From: Candidatus Poribacteria bacterium
GTDB lineage: Bacteria > Poribacteria > WGA-4E > PCPOR2b
Direction: 5' to 3'
Length of the DNA: 64,000 nt
NCBI GenBank assembly: GCA_965208675.1
Contig: OZ242351.1
Span: forward strand, 1,408,001 to 1,472,000
Each line of letters opens with the position of its first letter. Position 1 is the first letter of the stretch. The notes below the pieces were generated by a model, which saw only the letters and a list, made by a program, of their open reading frames with translations, did not search any database and had not been told where the DNA came from. The position numbers were made by a program, and so were the translations under genes. Shown here piece by piece: positions 9,173 to 20,246 of this stretch.

Positions 9173-10852
9173 TTATCCGGTCACCGCTCCTTTTGATGCC
9201 GAAGATACGAGTTTCGCGTATTTTGCCATAACGCCGCGGTTATAGCGCGATGTTGGTAAGTTCCAGGAGCTAAGCCGTTCTCGGATTTCGTCATCTGAGA
9301 GTAAGACTTCGAGACCACGGCTCTCTACATCAATAGAAACGACATCGCCGTCGCAAAGCACCGCAATGGGTCCTCCGCGCGCAGCTTCTGGGGCAACGTG
9401 TCCTATCATTAGACCGTGCGTAGCTCCTGAAAACCTTCCATCTGTCAAAAGCGCAACCGAATCGCCAAGTCCGGCGCCAACGATTGCCGCAGTCACACCG
9501 AGCATTTCCCGCATGCCAGGACCGCCTGCGGGGCCTTCGTAGCGGATGACTATTACATCTCCGGGGTTGATTTCGCCGCCCTTAATCTTTGCAAACGCAG
9601 CTTCTTCGCAGTCAAAAACTCGCACGGGTCCTGTGTGCGTCAGCCGCTCATTTCCCGCAACTTTGAGGACACTCCCGTCCGGTGCTAAATTTCCCTTGAG
9701 CACGACAAGCCCTCCCGTTGCCTTAATGGGCTCTGAAATAGGACGCACAACTTCCTGTCCTGCAGCTTCAACTGCGGTAGACGCCTCTTCGCCGATGGTT
9801 TTTCCAGTCACGGTCAATTCGTCCGCATGAAGGAGTCCTGCATCGAGCAGCCGTTTGGCTACGAGCTGGATACCTCCGGCGAAATGGAGATCCGCCGCGA
9901 CAAAACGCCCACCCGGCTGAAGATCTGCATAGAGCGGGGTGCGTAGATTTATCTCTTGAAAATCATCAAGCGATAATGGAATATTGGCTTCGTGCGCGAT
10001 AGCGAGTAAGTGAAGAACACCATTGGTGGATCCGCCCGTCGTCGCGATTGAGGCAATGGCATTTTCAATTGACCGCCGCGTGATGATTTGGTTAGGCCGT
10101 GTATCGTTGGCTAACATTTCCATCACCAACTGACCTGCTTGAAAGGCGACCTCATCTTTGTTAGCATCTACCGCCGGGACACTCCCGCTTCCCATCGGCG
10201 CCAAACCTAAAATCTCAATAGCTGTTGCCATGGTATTTGCGGTGTATTGCCCCCCGCATGCACCAGGCCCGGGGCATCCTTTACTCGAAAGTTCATCGAG
10301 TTCGTCAATCGTAATCTTGCCGACTGCATAAGTACCAACTGCCTCGAAGACATCCTTGATGGTCACATCTCGGTCCTGAAACCGACCCGGCATGATTGAA
10401 CCGCCGTAAAGCATCAGCGACGGAATATCGAGACGTGCGAGCGCCATGGTCGTTCCGGGAACAGTTTTGTCGCAACCCGAAAGGGCAACCACCGCGTCGA
10501 ACATGTTCCCCCGAGCGACGAGTTCAATTGAGTCAGCAATAATTTCGCGGCTGATGAGCGAAGTTTTCATACCCTCAGTGCCCATCGTAATTCCGTCAGA
10601 AATACTTACGGTGTTGAACTCAAGCGGTGTTCCACCGGCAGCTCGAATCCCTGCTTTGACTTTTGCCGCGAGCCTGCGGAGGTGATAGTTGCACGGCCCG
10701 ATTTCAATCCATGTATTGGCAACACCGATGAGCGGCCGGTCCAAATCCCCAAGCGATAGTCCGCCTTCACTAAACATGAGCATCGCTCGAGCCGCGGCAC
10801 GATCTGGACCATCTGTGATGGCGTAGCTTCGGGGTTTAAGCTTGTTTGCCAT
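9173..10852 (-). CDS. ilvD: Dihydroxy-acid dehydratase
   Basis: PCN, SDGITMG, CDKT, CGGQYTANTM, GGSTN, TDGRFSG. ATG at 10852 has a GGAGG RBS. Confidence 0.96.
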   Translation of the reverse strand: MANKLKPRSYAITDGPDRAAARAMLMFSEGGLSLGDLDRPLIGVANTWIEIGPCNYHLRRLAAKVKAGIRAAGGTPLEFNTVSISDGITMGTEGMKTSLISREIIADSIELVARGNMFDAVVALSGCDKTVPGTTMALARLDIPSLMLYGGSIMPGRFQDRDVTIKDVFEAVGTYAVGKITIDELDELSSKGCPGPGACGGQYTANTMATAIEILGLAPMGSGSVPAVDANKDEVAFQAGQLVMEMLANDTRPNQIITRRSIENAIASIATTGGSTNGVLHLLAIAHEANIPLSLDDFQEINLRTPLYADLQPGGRFVAADLHFAGGIQLVAKRLLDAGLLHADELTVTGKTIGEEASTAVEAAGQEVVRPISEPIKATGGLVVLKGNLAPDGSVLKVAGNERLTHTGPVRVFDCEEAAFAKIKGGEINPGDVIVIRYEGPAGGPGMREMLGVTAAIVGAGLGDSVALLTDGRFSGATHGLMIGHVAPEAARGGPIAVLCDGDVVSIDVESRGLEVLLSDDEIRERLSSWNLPTSRYNRGVMAKYAKLVSSASKGAVTG

Positions 10853-11182
10853 GCCTAAAATTTCCTCCATACTGTCTGTAAAAGTCGATCAATCATAACA
10901 AATCTTTACGAATTTGCCTGTATCGACAATAACCAACGGACCAGCCGATTTTCCTAGACCCATTGACCGTTCCTGTCCGTTGACATCGTATCTGAACTGC
11001 AATGAATCTTAAGCGCACGGGCGCCAGTGGTATGCGTCTCTAGTAGCGTGAGACTGACAGGCAACACGGCGTGTTGCGGCGAATCTTGAGCCAATGGCTA
11101 CAAGTCCATGTCACTCTGCAAATTCCACACTTAAGCGCTATGAAATGCCGCACGCCCGGATATTGAATGAACACCACACGGT

Positions 11183-13534
11183 TTACTTCATCCCAATCCA
11201 CGAGCCGATAACATGTCCGTATTTCGCAATTAACCCTGCGAACACCACTGATACCATCGACATCAACTTAATGAGAATGTTGAGTGACGGGCCCGAGGTG
11301 TCTTTGAACGGATCTCCGACCGTATCGCCCACGACCGTCGCTTTGTGCGGCTCGGAACCCTTGCCCCCGTGTGCGCCCTGCTCAATGTACTTTTTAGCGT
11401 TGTCCCAAGCACCGCCGGCATTCGCCATCATAACGGCAAGCACGAAGCCGGTTGCCAATCCGCCAGCAAGCAAGCCAAGCACGCCCGCGACACCGAAGAC
11501 TAATCCAACAGCCACCGGAACGATAATGGCTATCATTGAAGGAAGCACCATTTCTCTCTGTGCGCCGACGGTTGATATTCCAACGCACCGGGCGTAATCC
11601 GGTTTTTCTTCACGTTTCATGATACCGGGCCGTTCTTGGAATTGTCGGCGAACCTCTTGCACCATCGCCCCCGCAGCGCGTCCGACAGCTTTCATCGTCA
11701 AGGCGCAGAAAAAGAACGCCATCACAGCGCCGATGAACAATCCAATTAAGACCTGTGGATTCATTAGCGTAACGTCATAATAAGACATGAACTGGGATAT
11801 AGAGACCTTGGCTGTATCAACCATACCAACTCCAGGGATATCTAGCTGATGCTTGTCCGCAAGATGGATCAATCCATACCGAATCTCTTCAAGATAAGCG
11901 GCGAGCAGCGCGAGGGCGGTCAAAGCGGCGGACCCAATCGCGAATCCCTTGCCAGTTGCCGCGGTCGTGTTGCCGAGGGAATCAAGCTGATCTGTACGCT
12001 GCCGAACGATCGGATCGAGCTCCGACATCTCCGCATTACCGCCAGCGTTGTCTGCAATCGGTCCGTAAGCATCCGTCGCCAGCGTGATGCCGAGCGTTGC
12101 GAGCATTCCCACGGCTGCAATACCAACGCCATAGAGTCCCATCAGCGTATCGGTTGCCCCTCCCGGCAGATAGAAACTGACGGCGACAGCCGCGATAATT
12201 GTGACTACAGGAATGGCGGTTGATTGCATGCCAACAGCGATACCCTCAATGATAACGGTAGCCGGACCGGTCTGGGCTTGATCTGCGATGCCTCGCGTCG
12301 GTTTATAATCGTGAGACGTGAAGACCTCTGTCACTTTTCCGATAATTAGGCCAGCCAACAGCCCCGCCACAATTGCGCCCCAAATCTGCCACTTGTTCGG
12401 AAAGTCAAGGTATAACAGCACCGGAATCGAAAAAATTGCGATGCCAATTGCGCTCCCGTTGATACCGAGATTGAGCGAACCCATCAACTGCTTCATTGTT
12501 GCGCCCTCTCGGGTGCGCACCATGTAAATCCCTAAAATTGAGAGAATCACACCAATTCCCGCAATTATCATTGGTGCAGAGAGGTATTTCAGTTGCAACG
12601 CAATGTTGCTATGGTCCTTCGCGGCAACAGCAGCAACGCCGAGCGCAGCAGTCGCTAGAATCGATCCAGCGTAAGATTCATAGAGATCGGCGCCCATGCC
12701 CGCAACGTCACCCACGTTGTCTCCCACGCTGTCAGCGATAGCTGCTGGGTTACGAGCATCGTCTTCGGGAATCCCGGCTTCAACTTTCCCTACCAGATCG
12801 GCGCCAACATCTGCCGCTTTTGTGTAAATACCGCCGCCCACGCGCGCAAAGAGCGCCTGTGTGGATGCGCCCATACCGAAACTTAACATGATTACGGTGA
12901 TTTCGGGGAGCGGGTTTTCAGCCAAAAATCCCGGAAAAATCTTTGGAAAGAGATAGTATAGAATCAGGAACCAGCCGGCAATATCCAGCAGTGCGAAGCC
13001 AACTACCACTAGCCCCATTACTGCACCCGCGCGAAAAGATATCCGCAGCCCCGCATTTAACCCTTCCATTGCGGCGCTCGTTGTGCGAGCCGATGCATTG
13101 GTTGCGGTCTTCATTCCCAAAAATCCGCAGAGTCCCGAGAAAAAACCACCTGTCAGAAAAGCAAAGGGAATGACCTGGTTCTGAGCCTTCAAGACAAACG
13201 CCATCACCAGAAAAATTGCGCACAGTACCGCAAAAACAATACCGACAACCTTGTATTGCTGTCTCAAATAAGCCATTGCACCGTCGCGAACAGCCTGTGC
13301 GATTTCACGCATCACGGGTGTACCCTCGTTCTGCCGCATGACGGATTTGTAGAAAAAATACGCGAACCCCAAAGCGAACAGTGAGCCAACGGGGGCGATC
13401 CACCATGCGGAAGGCACCGTTGGCAGCGATTCAGTTTGGGCAAGAGCAGAATTTGTAATTCCAAACAGCAGACCCATTATTATCAGATAGCCGCGACTCC
13501 GATTACGGAGCCGATTATCAATTGTTTCAGTCAT
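11183..13534 (-). CDS. hppA: Membrane-bound ion-translocating pyrophosphatase, K+-dependent type (probably Na+-PPase)
   Basis: DVGADLVGKVE, DNVGDVAG, GNTTAA (Ala marks the K+-dependent class) and GDTVGDPFKDTSGP. Confidence 0.95.
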   Translation of the reverse strand: MTETIDNRLRNRSRGYLIIMGLLFGITNSALAQTESLPTVPSAWWIAPVGSLFALGFAYFFYKSVMRQNEGTPVMREIAQAVRDGAMAYLRQQYKVVGIVFAVLCAIFLVMAFVLKAQNQVIPFAFLTGGFFSGLCGFLGMKTATNASARTTSAAMEGLNAGLRISFRAGAVMGLVVVGFALLDIAGWFLILYYLFPKIFPGFLAENPLPEITVIMLSFGMGASTQALFARVGGGIYTKAADVGADLVGKVEAGIPEDDARNPAAIADSVGDNVGDVAGMGADLYESYAGSILATAALGVAAVAAKDHSNIALQLKYLSAPMIIAGIGVILSILGIYMVRTREGATMKQLMGSLNLGINGSAIGIAIFSIPVLLYLDFPNKWQIWGAIVAGLLAGLIIGKVTEVFTSHDYKPTRGIADQAQTGPATVIIEGIAVGMQSTAIPVVTIIAAVAVSFYLPGGATDTLMGLYGVGIAAVGMLATLGITLATDAYGPIADNAGGNAEMSELDPIVRQRTDQLDSLGNTTAATGKGFAIGSAALTALALLAAYLEEIRYGLIHLADKHQLDIPGVGMVDTAKVSISQFMSYYDVTLMNPQVLIGLFIGAVMAFFFCALTMKAVGRAAGAMVQEVRRQFQERPGIMKREEKPDYARCVGISTVGAQREMVLPSMIAIIVPVAVGLVFGVAGVLGLLAGGLATGFVLAVMMANAGGAWDNAKKYIEQGAHGGKGSEPHKATVVGDTVGDPFKDTSGPSLNILIKLMSMVSVVFAGLIAKYGHVIGSWIGMK

Positions 13535-13661
13535 AAAATTCCTCCTAATGAGAGTTGAAAGTATACATCAGTCACTTGCAAAAAGCCGCGCTGTTCAACG
13601 ACATTATTCTCTTTTTTTTGACCTACTTCGGAAAACTTTTTCAGCCATTGCATCAAAATCA

Positions 13662-15044
13662 TTACACCAATTTGGTTCTCATTTCATGAATATCAATCCC
13701 AAGTTCCGAGAGTGCTGCACCCACGAGATAAATCGAACCCGTGATACAAATTAAATCGGACGGGGTTGCAACGGATAGAGCAAAATCAATGGCTTCGCCC
13801 ACACAATTTTCAGACCGAATCTCCGGATTAAAATCCGACCAGGCATTAACCACTTCCCCAGCAGGCATTACGCGCGGGTTATCAATTGCCTGCGTGGCGA
13901 TGATGATGTCCGCAATTGGGCATAAGATTCTTCCGATTGCGCGGATATCCTTATCTTTCATCAAACCGGCGATAAGGATAATACGTTCATATCGAATTAC
14001 CTCCTGAATCGTCTCGCAAAGCGCCGCGGTTGAAGTTGGCGAATGGGCACCGTCCAGCAAAATTAACGGCGCCTCGTCAGTGGATGCGTTTTGTGTGATT
14101 GAAACAACTTGCATTCGCCCGGGCAGTCTAACGGCTTCCAATCCATCGTAGACACAACCTTTAGGAATAAAATGCCCTTCACTCTTGATTCGTTCAATGC
14201 AGGCTAGCGCGGTGGCAGCGTTAACCGCTTGGTGCTGACCGAGGAGCGGCAGAAACAATTTTGGATAATACTCAGTTAGCGTATTTACTTCTAGCGTCTG
14301 ACCACGTATGTTCCAAGTCTTACGCTTAAAACTAATGTCATATCCGACCCTATCAATTCCAGCGAGCCGTGCCGCAGCAACGGATTCAAAGACATTTTCG
14401 GATTCAGGCTCTTGGGGCGCCAACACAAGCGGGCAACCGTGCTTAATAATCTCGGCTTTTTCTTTAGCGATAGCTTCGAGCGTATCGCCCAGTATTGCAG
14501 TATGTTCAAGACTCACCGGCGTGATTACGGTAACGAACGGCTGCACAACATTTGTCGCATCTAGCCGCCCACCGAGTCCCACTTCCACAACCGCGAAATC
14601 AACCGCATTGTCGGCAAAATAGCAGAAGGCAAGCGCTGTATAGATTTCAAAAAATGAAACCGCCCCCACTGCGTTCATCCCTGCGACAGCTTCAATTGCG
14701 GGTTTCATTTTATTGAGGTATTCAGCGAACTCGTCCTCTGAAATCAGCTTGGCGTCTACACAACAACGCTCGCGGGGAGTTATAAAGTGGGGTGATGTAA
14801 ATGCCCCGGTTTTGTATCCCGCATGGGTGAGAATTGACGCAATGATTGCGGCTGTAGACCCCTTCCCTTTACTGCCGCCGATATGGATAACCTTTAGATT
14901 GCGATGGGGGTTTCCGAGCAGATGCAACAGGTGGGAAATGCGATTGAGGTTATAAAACCGCGCTTGCCTTGAGAAATCGGGACTCTTCTCATAGTTGATG
15001 AAGCTGTCAATATAAGCAAGAGCCGATTCATAATTTAGCATCAA
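13662..15044 (-). CDS. folC: Bifunctional dihydrofolate/folylpolyglutamate synthase
   Basis: GSKGKGS, FTSPH, EVGLGGRLDATNV, LDGAHS, TGSIY. Confidence 0.95.
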   Translation of the reverse strand: MMLNYESALAYIDSFINYEKSPDFSRQARFYNLNRISHLLHLLGNPHRNLKVIHIGGSKGKGSTAAIIASILTHAGYKTGAFTSPHFITPRERCCVDAKLISEDEFAEYLNKMKPAIEAVAGMNAVGAVSFFEIYTALAFCYFADNAVDFAVVEVGLGGRLDATNVVQPFVTVITPVSLEHTAILGDTLEAIAKEKAEIIKHGCPLVLAPQEPESENVFESVAAARLAGIDRVGYDISFKRKTWNIRGQTLEVNTLTEYYPKLFLPLLGQHQAVNAATALACIERIKSEGHFIPKGCVYDGLEAVRLPGRMQVVSITQNASTDEAPLILLDGAHSPTSTAALCETIQEVIRYERIILIAGLMKDKDIRAIGRILCPIADIIIATQAIDNPRVMPAGEVVNAWSDFNPEIRSENCVGEAIDFALSVATPSDLICITGSIYLVGAALSELGIDIHEMRTKLV

Positions 15045-15202
15045 ATTTAAAAGACTTAATAAGGAGCGCGATGCTCCTCAATGGCGGGTAAAACTACCGA
15101 TCCATCAACCGACTAGGGAACACGAAAACTTTTTCCATAGGGTTAAAACTAACGCCCGCGTTATGTAGCCGGTTGATCGTTCTGTTGATGGTTGCACAAG
15201 AT

Positions 15203-16465
15203 TCATGACCATAAATTGAGGTCTTCATAGATGGGAAACTGCTCACACAATTCCCGGACTTTTTCTCTGATACGGCTTTTGACCGTGGTGCTCTTCCGCT
15301 CTCGAAGTGCTTCACCAATGAAATCGCCTATCAATTGCATTTCCGTCTCTTTCATTCCGCGTACCGTCACCATCGGGGTACCAAGGCGAATACCGCTTGT
15401 GGTGACCGGTGAGCGTTTATCGAACGGAATTGTATTTTTGTTGACGACAATTCCCGCCTCCTCAAGGTGATTTGCGGTTTGACGACCGCTCAGTTTTTCA
15501 AAGGTGGCTGTTAGATCGACTATCATTAAATGATTATCAGTACCGCCGCTCACTAAGCGAAACTCATTCTCAATGAGGCGTTGAGCTAACGCTTTAGCGT
15601 TTTTTACAACTTGCTTTTGATACGCCTTGAATGCGGGTTCCATAGCCTCCTTGAAGCCGACTGCTTTCGCAGCGATTGCATGCATGAAGGGACCGCCCTG
15701 CAAACCGGGCATTACGGCCCGATCAATGGCTTCGGCAAACTCATTGCGGCACATGATGATTGCGCCGCGCGGGCCGCGCAAGGTTTTGTGAGTGGTTGTT
15801 GTAATGAAGTCGGAATATGGGACTGGATCCGGATGGAGATCTGCTGCGATTAGCCCAGCAATATGCGCAATATCTGCCAAAAGATAGGCATCAACGGAGT
15901 CAGCGATTTCTTGCCATTGAGCGAAATCAAACCATCGCGGATAGGCGCTCGCACCGACTATTATGAGTTTTGGACGATGTTTTTCTGCTAACGCTGCAAT
16001 GCCGTTCATGTTGATTCGCTCGGACTCTTTATCCACACCATAAGGAACAACATTATAATACCTACCGGAGAAATTCTGCGGGAGTCCATGACTGAGATGT
16101 CCGCCGTGATCGAGTTTCATTGCCAGGATGGTATCTCCCGGCTCAAGCAGCGCATGGTATACTGCCATGTTCGCTTGCGTACCGGCGTGCGCTTGGACAT
16201 TTACATGCGCCGCGCCAAATAGCCGCTTGGCACGTTCAATCGCGAGCGTCTCAATCTGATCTATAAACTCGCAGCCGTTGTAATATCGGTCGCCAGGGTA
16301 GCCTTCGGCATACTTATTGGCAAGGATACTACTCTGCATCTGCATAACCGCTTGGCTGGCGTAATTTTCCGAAGGAATCAGCGTTAAGCAGTTTTGCTGA
16401 CGATGCAAATCCCGGCGCATGATATCAACAATCTGGGGATCGAAATCAATCAGTGATTTGTTCAT
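15203..16465 (-). CDS. glyA: Serine hydroxymethyltransferase
   Basis: [27 protein letters not shown] and [12 protein letters not shown] (PLP lysine). Confidence 0.97.
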   Translation of the reverse strand: MNKSLIDFDPQIVDIMRRDLHRQQNCLTLIPSENYASQAVMQMQSSILANKYAEGYPGDRYYNGCEFIDQIETLAIERAKRLFGAAHVNVQAHAGTQANMAVYHALLEPGDTILAMKLDHGGHLSHGLPQNFSGRYYNVVPYGVDKESERINMNGIAALAEKHRPKLIIVGASAYPRWFDFAQWQEIADSVDAYLLADIAHIAGLIAADLHPDPVPYSDFITTTTHKTLRGPRGAIIMCRNEFAEAIDRAVMPGLQGGPFMHAIAAKAVGFKEAMEPAFKAYQKQVVKNAKALAQRLIENEFRLVSGGTDNHLMIVDLTATFEKLSGRQTANHLEEAGIVVNKNTIPFDKRSPVTTSGIRLGTPMVTVRGMKETEMQLIGDFIGEALRERKSTTVKSRIREKVRELCEQFPIYEDLNLWS

Positions 16466-16558
16466 TGTAATAGCATTCTCACCGCAATGATTGGGATTTC
16501 AACCTCGTGTGCGGATGGTAAGGTAGGCGCTGGAATGTTGGTTGGCAATCTGTGTGGC

Positions 16559-17815
16559 CTAATCGATTAGTTTGAGCGCTTTTTCTATTGTGGCTTTGAG
16601 GCTTTCATCGCCGGACTTTTCTACCAGCTCCAACGCAGTGTTCAAATCTTGCTTAGCCGCCCAAGTGCGGCCGACTATGACCTTTACGGCTCCCCGATTG
16701 TTGTATGCCTCGGCATAATCGGGTTTCAGCCGGATTGCCTCGTCATAATCGGAAATAGCCGCGAAATGTTTGCCTAATTTATATTTTGCAATTCCCCTGC
16801 TGTTGAATGCCTCGGCATATTCTGGTTTCAGCCGGATTGCCATATCGTAATCTACAATGGCGGAGGCGTGATCCCCCGATCTACCCTTGGTAACGCCTCG
16901 ATTATGGTATGCCTCGGTGTAATCAGGTTTTAGTAAGATTGCTGTGTTATAATCGGCGATGCCAGCGAAGAATTTTCCCAATCTACCCTTAGCCATTCCC
17001 CGATTGTTATACGCCTCGGCATAACCGGCATTCAGTCGAATTGCCTCCGTATAAGCAGCGATGGCTTCACTATAGTTGCCAAGCGTATGGCATACATCGC
17101 CTCGGATAAAATACGTTTTGGCAGAAATGGATCCGCGCGGCAAAGGTTTCGCGGGCTCAGACTGTTCAAGCAGCGCTTTGAGATAGTTTGAAGGAATGGC
17201 AATATTCAGATTTTGCCCGCCTTCTATAGTCATGAAAGAGACCCCGATAACTTCACCCTTTGCGTTTAAGACGGGGCCGCCGCTGCTACCCGGGGAAACG
17301 GGCGCGGTCATCTGAATTCGTTTTTGGGTGTGCCGTTCATTGAAATTACTGATGATACCATTTGAGAACGTCCCCTCCGGGCCACTCGGATTGCCGGCAA
17401 CATAAACCGTTTCGCCAATTTTGACCGAATCGCTGTCACCGAGTTGAAGCGGATCGACGCCAAACGCGGTGACCTTTAGGAGCGCGAGGTCGTTGTTTTT
17501 GTCGGCGGCAAATACGCCTTCGATGGTATATCTCGTGTATGTGCCGGCCTGTTTTGCGCTGCCTCTTGCCACTCCCTCAATAACGTGGAAGTTGGTAGCG
17601 ATGCGGTTCTGCCCAACGAAAAACCCGCTGCCGGTTGTGAGGGTTCTGCCATTCCTATCATCCATCTTTAAATGCACCGTAGCAGCTACGGCTTTTTTGG
17701 CAATCTCCTCCTCGGTTTGCGCATTTGACGCAGCTAATAGACAGAAGGGAAGAAACCCCAAAGCTGTGAAACGAAAGCACGCTAATCTTGGAATTCTCAT
17801 AACCGTGTCCATCAT
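16559..17815 (-). CDS. Secreted trypsin-like serine protease with C-terminal TPR repeats
   Basis: GSGFF, TNFHV, NDLALL and PGSSGGP give an intact triad; about five AEAY.NRG TPR repeats. Confidence 0.9.
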   Translation of the reverse strand: MMDTVMRIPRLACFRFTALGFLPFCLLAASNAQTEEEIAKKAVAATVHLKMDDRNGRTLTTGSGFFVGQNRIATNFHVIEGVARGSAKQAGTYTRYTIEGVFAADKNNDLALLKVTAFGVDPLQLGDSDSVKIGETVYVAGNPSGPEGTFSNGIISNFNERHTQKRIQMTAPVSPGSSGGPVLNAKGEVIGVSFMTIEGGQNLNIAIPSNYLKALLEQSEPAKPLPRGSISAKTYFIRGDVCHTLGNYSEAIAAYTEAIRLNAGYAEAYNNRGMAKGRLGKFFAGIADYNTAILLKPDYTEAYHNRGVTKGRSGDHASAIVDYDMAIRLKPEYAEAFNSRGIAKYKLGKHFAAISDYDEAIRLKPDYAEAYNNRGAVKVIVGRTWAAKQDLNTALELVEKSGDESLKATIEKALKLID

Positions 17816-17932
17816 CGTCAGTTAGTTGATAGCTATGACTCAAGGAATTCGCATGGCCGGTAATGTTAGGTATGTCAGATTGTAACACAGATACCAGCTA
17901 GTTTCAAGAGAAATATCTATTCAGAGCAGCGG

Positions 17933-19603
17933 TTATCGGCGTCGCGCGATCGCGCTTATCAGTTGACTTAACTCTCCAATTTTGAGGAATTTTGCGAGAC
18001 AAACTAAAACAGCAACTCCTATCCCAATCGGGACAAACACGCCGAATGCCCTTGCGAAGAGATTGGCGATCCCGATCCATTCCTCAATCCATACGTTCGT
18101 CCGCCAGCAAATGAAGCCCATCGCTGTAGATACCGCCACGGTTTTTACAAGCATTCTCCATATCCCGCGCAGTCCCAATCCGCCGGTTCTGTGACGCAAA
18201 ACAATGAGAAGAATTATACAGTTTAGAGTGATTGTACAGGATGTGGATAGCGCCAAGGAGCGGTGTCCGAAATTGAACTGGAAAATAAGAAGATAGTTCA
18301 GCACAATATTTAGTGCGACTGCACAAAGACTTACCACGGCGGGCGTGCGCGTGTCTTTGAAGGCAAAAAAGCCATCCGACGCAATCTTGACTATTGAGAA
18401 GCCGCACAATCCAAAGGCATAGCAAAACAGAGCACCCGCCGTTTCGCTTGTGTCAATCGCACCAGTTTTTCCCCACTCAAAAACAAGCCGGCATACCGGC
18501 TCACCCAACACCATCAAGCCAACCGAGGCCGGCAGCGTCAACAACAAGATTAGCCGCAGGGCGTAAGAAAACGAACGACGGAAGTTATCAACTTCACCGC
18601 GCGCAACTAATTTAGAAAGGTTCGGGAGTGCAGCGGTAGAAATCGCTACGCCAAAAATCCCGATTGGCAGGTGCATCAGTCGAAATGCCCGAATTATCCA
18701 CGTCATCCAGCCTTTGCCTTCCGATGCAAAAATTGAGTTTACGAACAGATTCACCTGTAGTGCGGCGACGCCCAGAATCATAGGCAAAATCAGGCGGATT
18801 ACCTGTTTCACCCGATCGTCGCGGAAGCTGATCGCCAGCCGATAGCGAAATCCACACCGCCGCATTAACGGAATTTGAATTATGAATTGCAGCGCGCCGC
18901 CTACGAGTACACCGAACGCCATACCTGTTACAGGGTGAAGTCCCATGCGAGGGAGGGTGTAATACCCCCAAACACCTATAACAATCGATCCGAGATTAAA
19001 GAACAGTGAAGCGCAGGCGGGAACGCCGAATTTCCCTTTACTGTTAAGTAACCCCATGGCAACTGCCGCGAGTGAAACCAAGATGAGGAAGGGGAACATA
19101 ATTCGCGCGAGATAAACCGTCAAATCTCGTTTGCTGCTAATTCCGGCGTGTTCTGAAGGGTCTAGGGCAACATCTTGAAACCCTTTGCCAACAAACAGTA
19201 TATCCACGATAAGCGGTGCGGCGAGCACACAAATCAGCGTAAGCGCCATGAGGACTACCGCTGTTATATTGAAAACTCGGCTCGCTAGCCGCCATGCGGC
19301 GTCTTGCCCATCTTCTACGTCGGTCGCCGTAAACGCTGCAATAAATGCCTTGCTCAATACGCCTTCGCCGAAAAGATCCCGCATTAGGTTCGGGATACGG
19401 AAAGCGGCGTAGAACGCGTCGGCACTGGTTGCTGAAACAAAAAAATAGGCAATCACCTGCTCTCGGACAAGCCCTAGCAGGCGCGACGCCATTACGGCGA
19501 TGCTAACAATTCCCGCCGATCGGGTAATGCTTTTTTCATCTTCGCCGGTAAGTGAAGACACATGATGGTTTTCGTTTGTCATTTCGCCAAATGTGGGGTA
19601 CAC
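17933..19603 (-). CDS. murJ: Lipid II flippase MurJ (MviN)
   Basis: SRLLGLVRE, DAFYAAFRIPN...LFGEG, LPIGIFGVAIST, DTRTP. Confidence 0.95.
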   Translation of the reverse strand: MYPTFGEMTNENHHVSSLTGEDEKSITRSAGIVSIAVMASRLLGLVREQVIAYFFVSATSADAFYAAFRIPNLMRDLFGEGVLSKAFIAAFTATDVEDGQDAAWRLASRVFNITAVVLMALTLICVLAAPLIVDILFVGKGFQDVALDPSEHAGISSKRDLTVYLARIMFPFLILVSLAAVAMGLLNSKGKFGVPACASLFFNLGSIVIGVWGYYTLPRMGLHPVTGMAFGVLVGGALQFIIQIPLMRRCGFRYRLAISFRDDRVKQVIRLILPMILGVAALQVNLFVNSIFASEGKGWMTWIIRAFRLMHLPIGIFGVAISTAALPNLSKLVARGEVDNFRRSFSYALRLILLLTLPASVGLMVLGEPVCRLVFEWGKTGAIDTSETAGALFCYAFGLCGFSIVKIASDGFFAFKDTRTPAVVSLCAVALNIVLNYLLIFQFNFGHRSLALSTSCTITLNCIILLIVLRHRTGGLGLRGIWRMLVKTVAVSTAMGFICWRTNVWIEEWIGIANLFARAFGVFVPIGIGVAVLVCLAKFLKIGELSQLISAIARRR

Positions 19604-19684
19604 TCTATGAGATCAGAATCATACTTCTTAATATATGACAACGCCTCTATTGTCGTAATGGTTCATTTTTTGGAAAAGAGAGAA

Positions 19685-20071
19685 ATGACGATGCCGCGCA
19701 AGCGATTTTTTACCGTGGAAGAAGCTAACCAACTTATTCCGACGTTGGAACAATACATTGGAGCGTTAAAGTCGCTTCGCCTGGAGCTTGAGGCGGTGGG
19801 GGCAATATTGACTCCCTTGTTTGAGATAGTCCACCACAACGGCGGACATCCCAAAACACCCCAGTTTATCCAAGCCGTCGTTCAATTCCACGAAATTGTC
19901 GAACGCATCCATTCGCACGGCTGCCTGTTGAAGGGTGTAGATGAAGGATTAATTGACTTTCCGCACTTGCGGAAGGGCAGGGAAGTCTACCTCTGCTGGA
20001 AGTCAGGGGAGAAAGAAATTGGCTACTGGCACGATCTTGAGGCAGGTGCGGCAGGAAGGCAACCGCTTTAG
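19685..20071 (+). CDS. DUF2203 family protein
   Basis: FTVEEAN.LIP and GLIDFP...GREVYLCWK.GE..I.YWH...G..GRQPL. ATG at 19685 or 19691 is more likely than 19562. Confidence 0.88.
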   Translation: MTMPRKRFFTVEEANQLIPTLEQYIGALKSLRLELEAVGAILTPLFEIVHHNGGHPKTPQFIQAVVQFHEIVERIHSHGCLLKGVDEGLIDFPHLRKGREVYLCWKSGEKEIGYWHDLEAGAAGRQPL

Positions 20072-20246
20072 CATGACACATGCAAAGTTTAACAGAATAC
20101 CAATTGGCAGGTATCTTCTTAGCTCAACGGATACAGGATACAGCTGATATTTAGAACGACGCTTGGGGTTACGTTCGGACGCGAGTGTTCCTCCTAAAAT
20201 GTCTTACCTATTTTAACACTGAGGACATTTCTTTAGAGGCCGCTTT

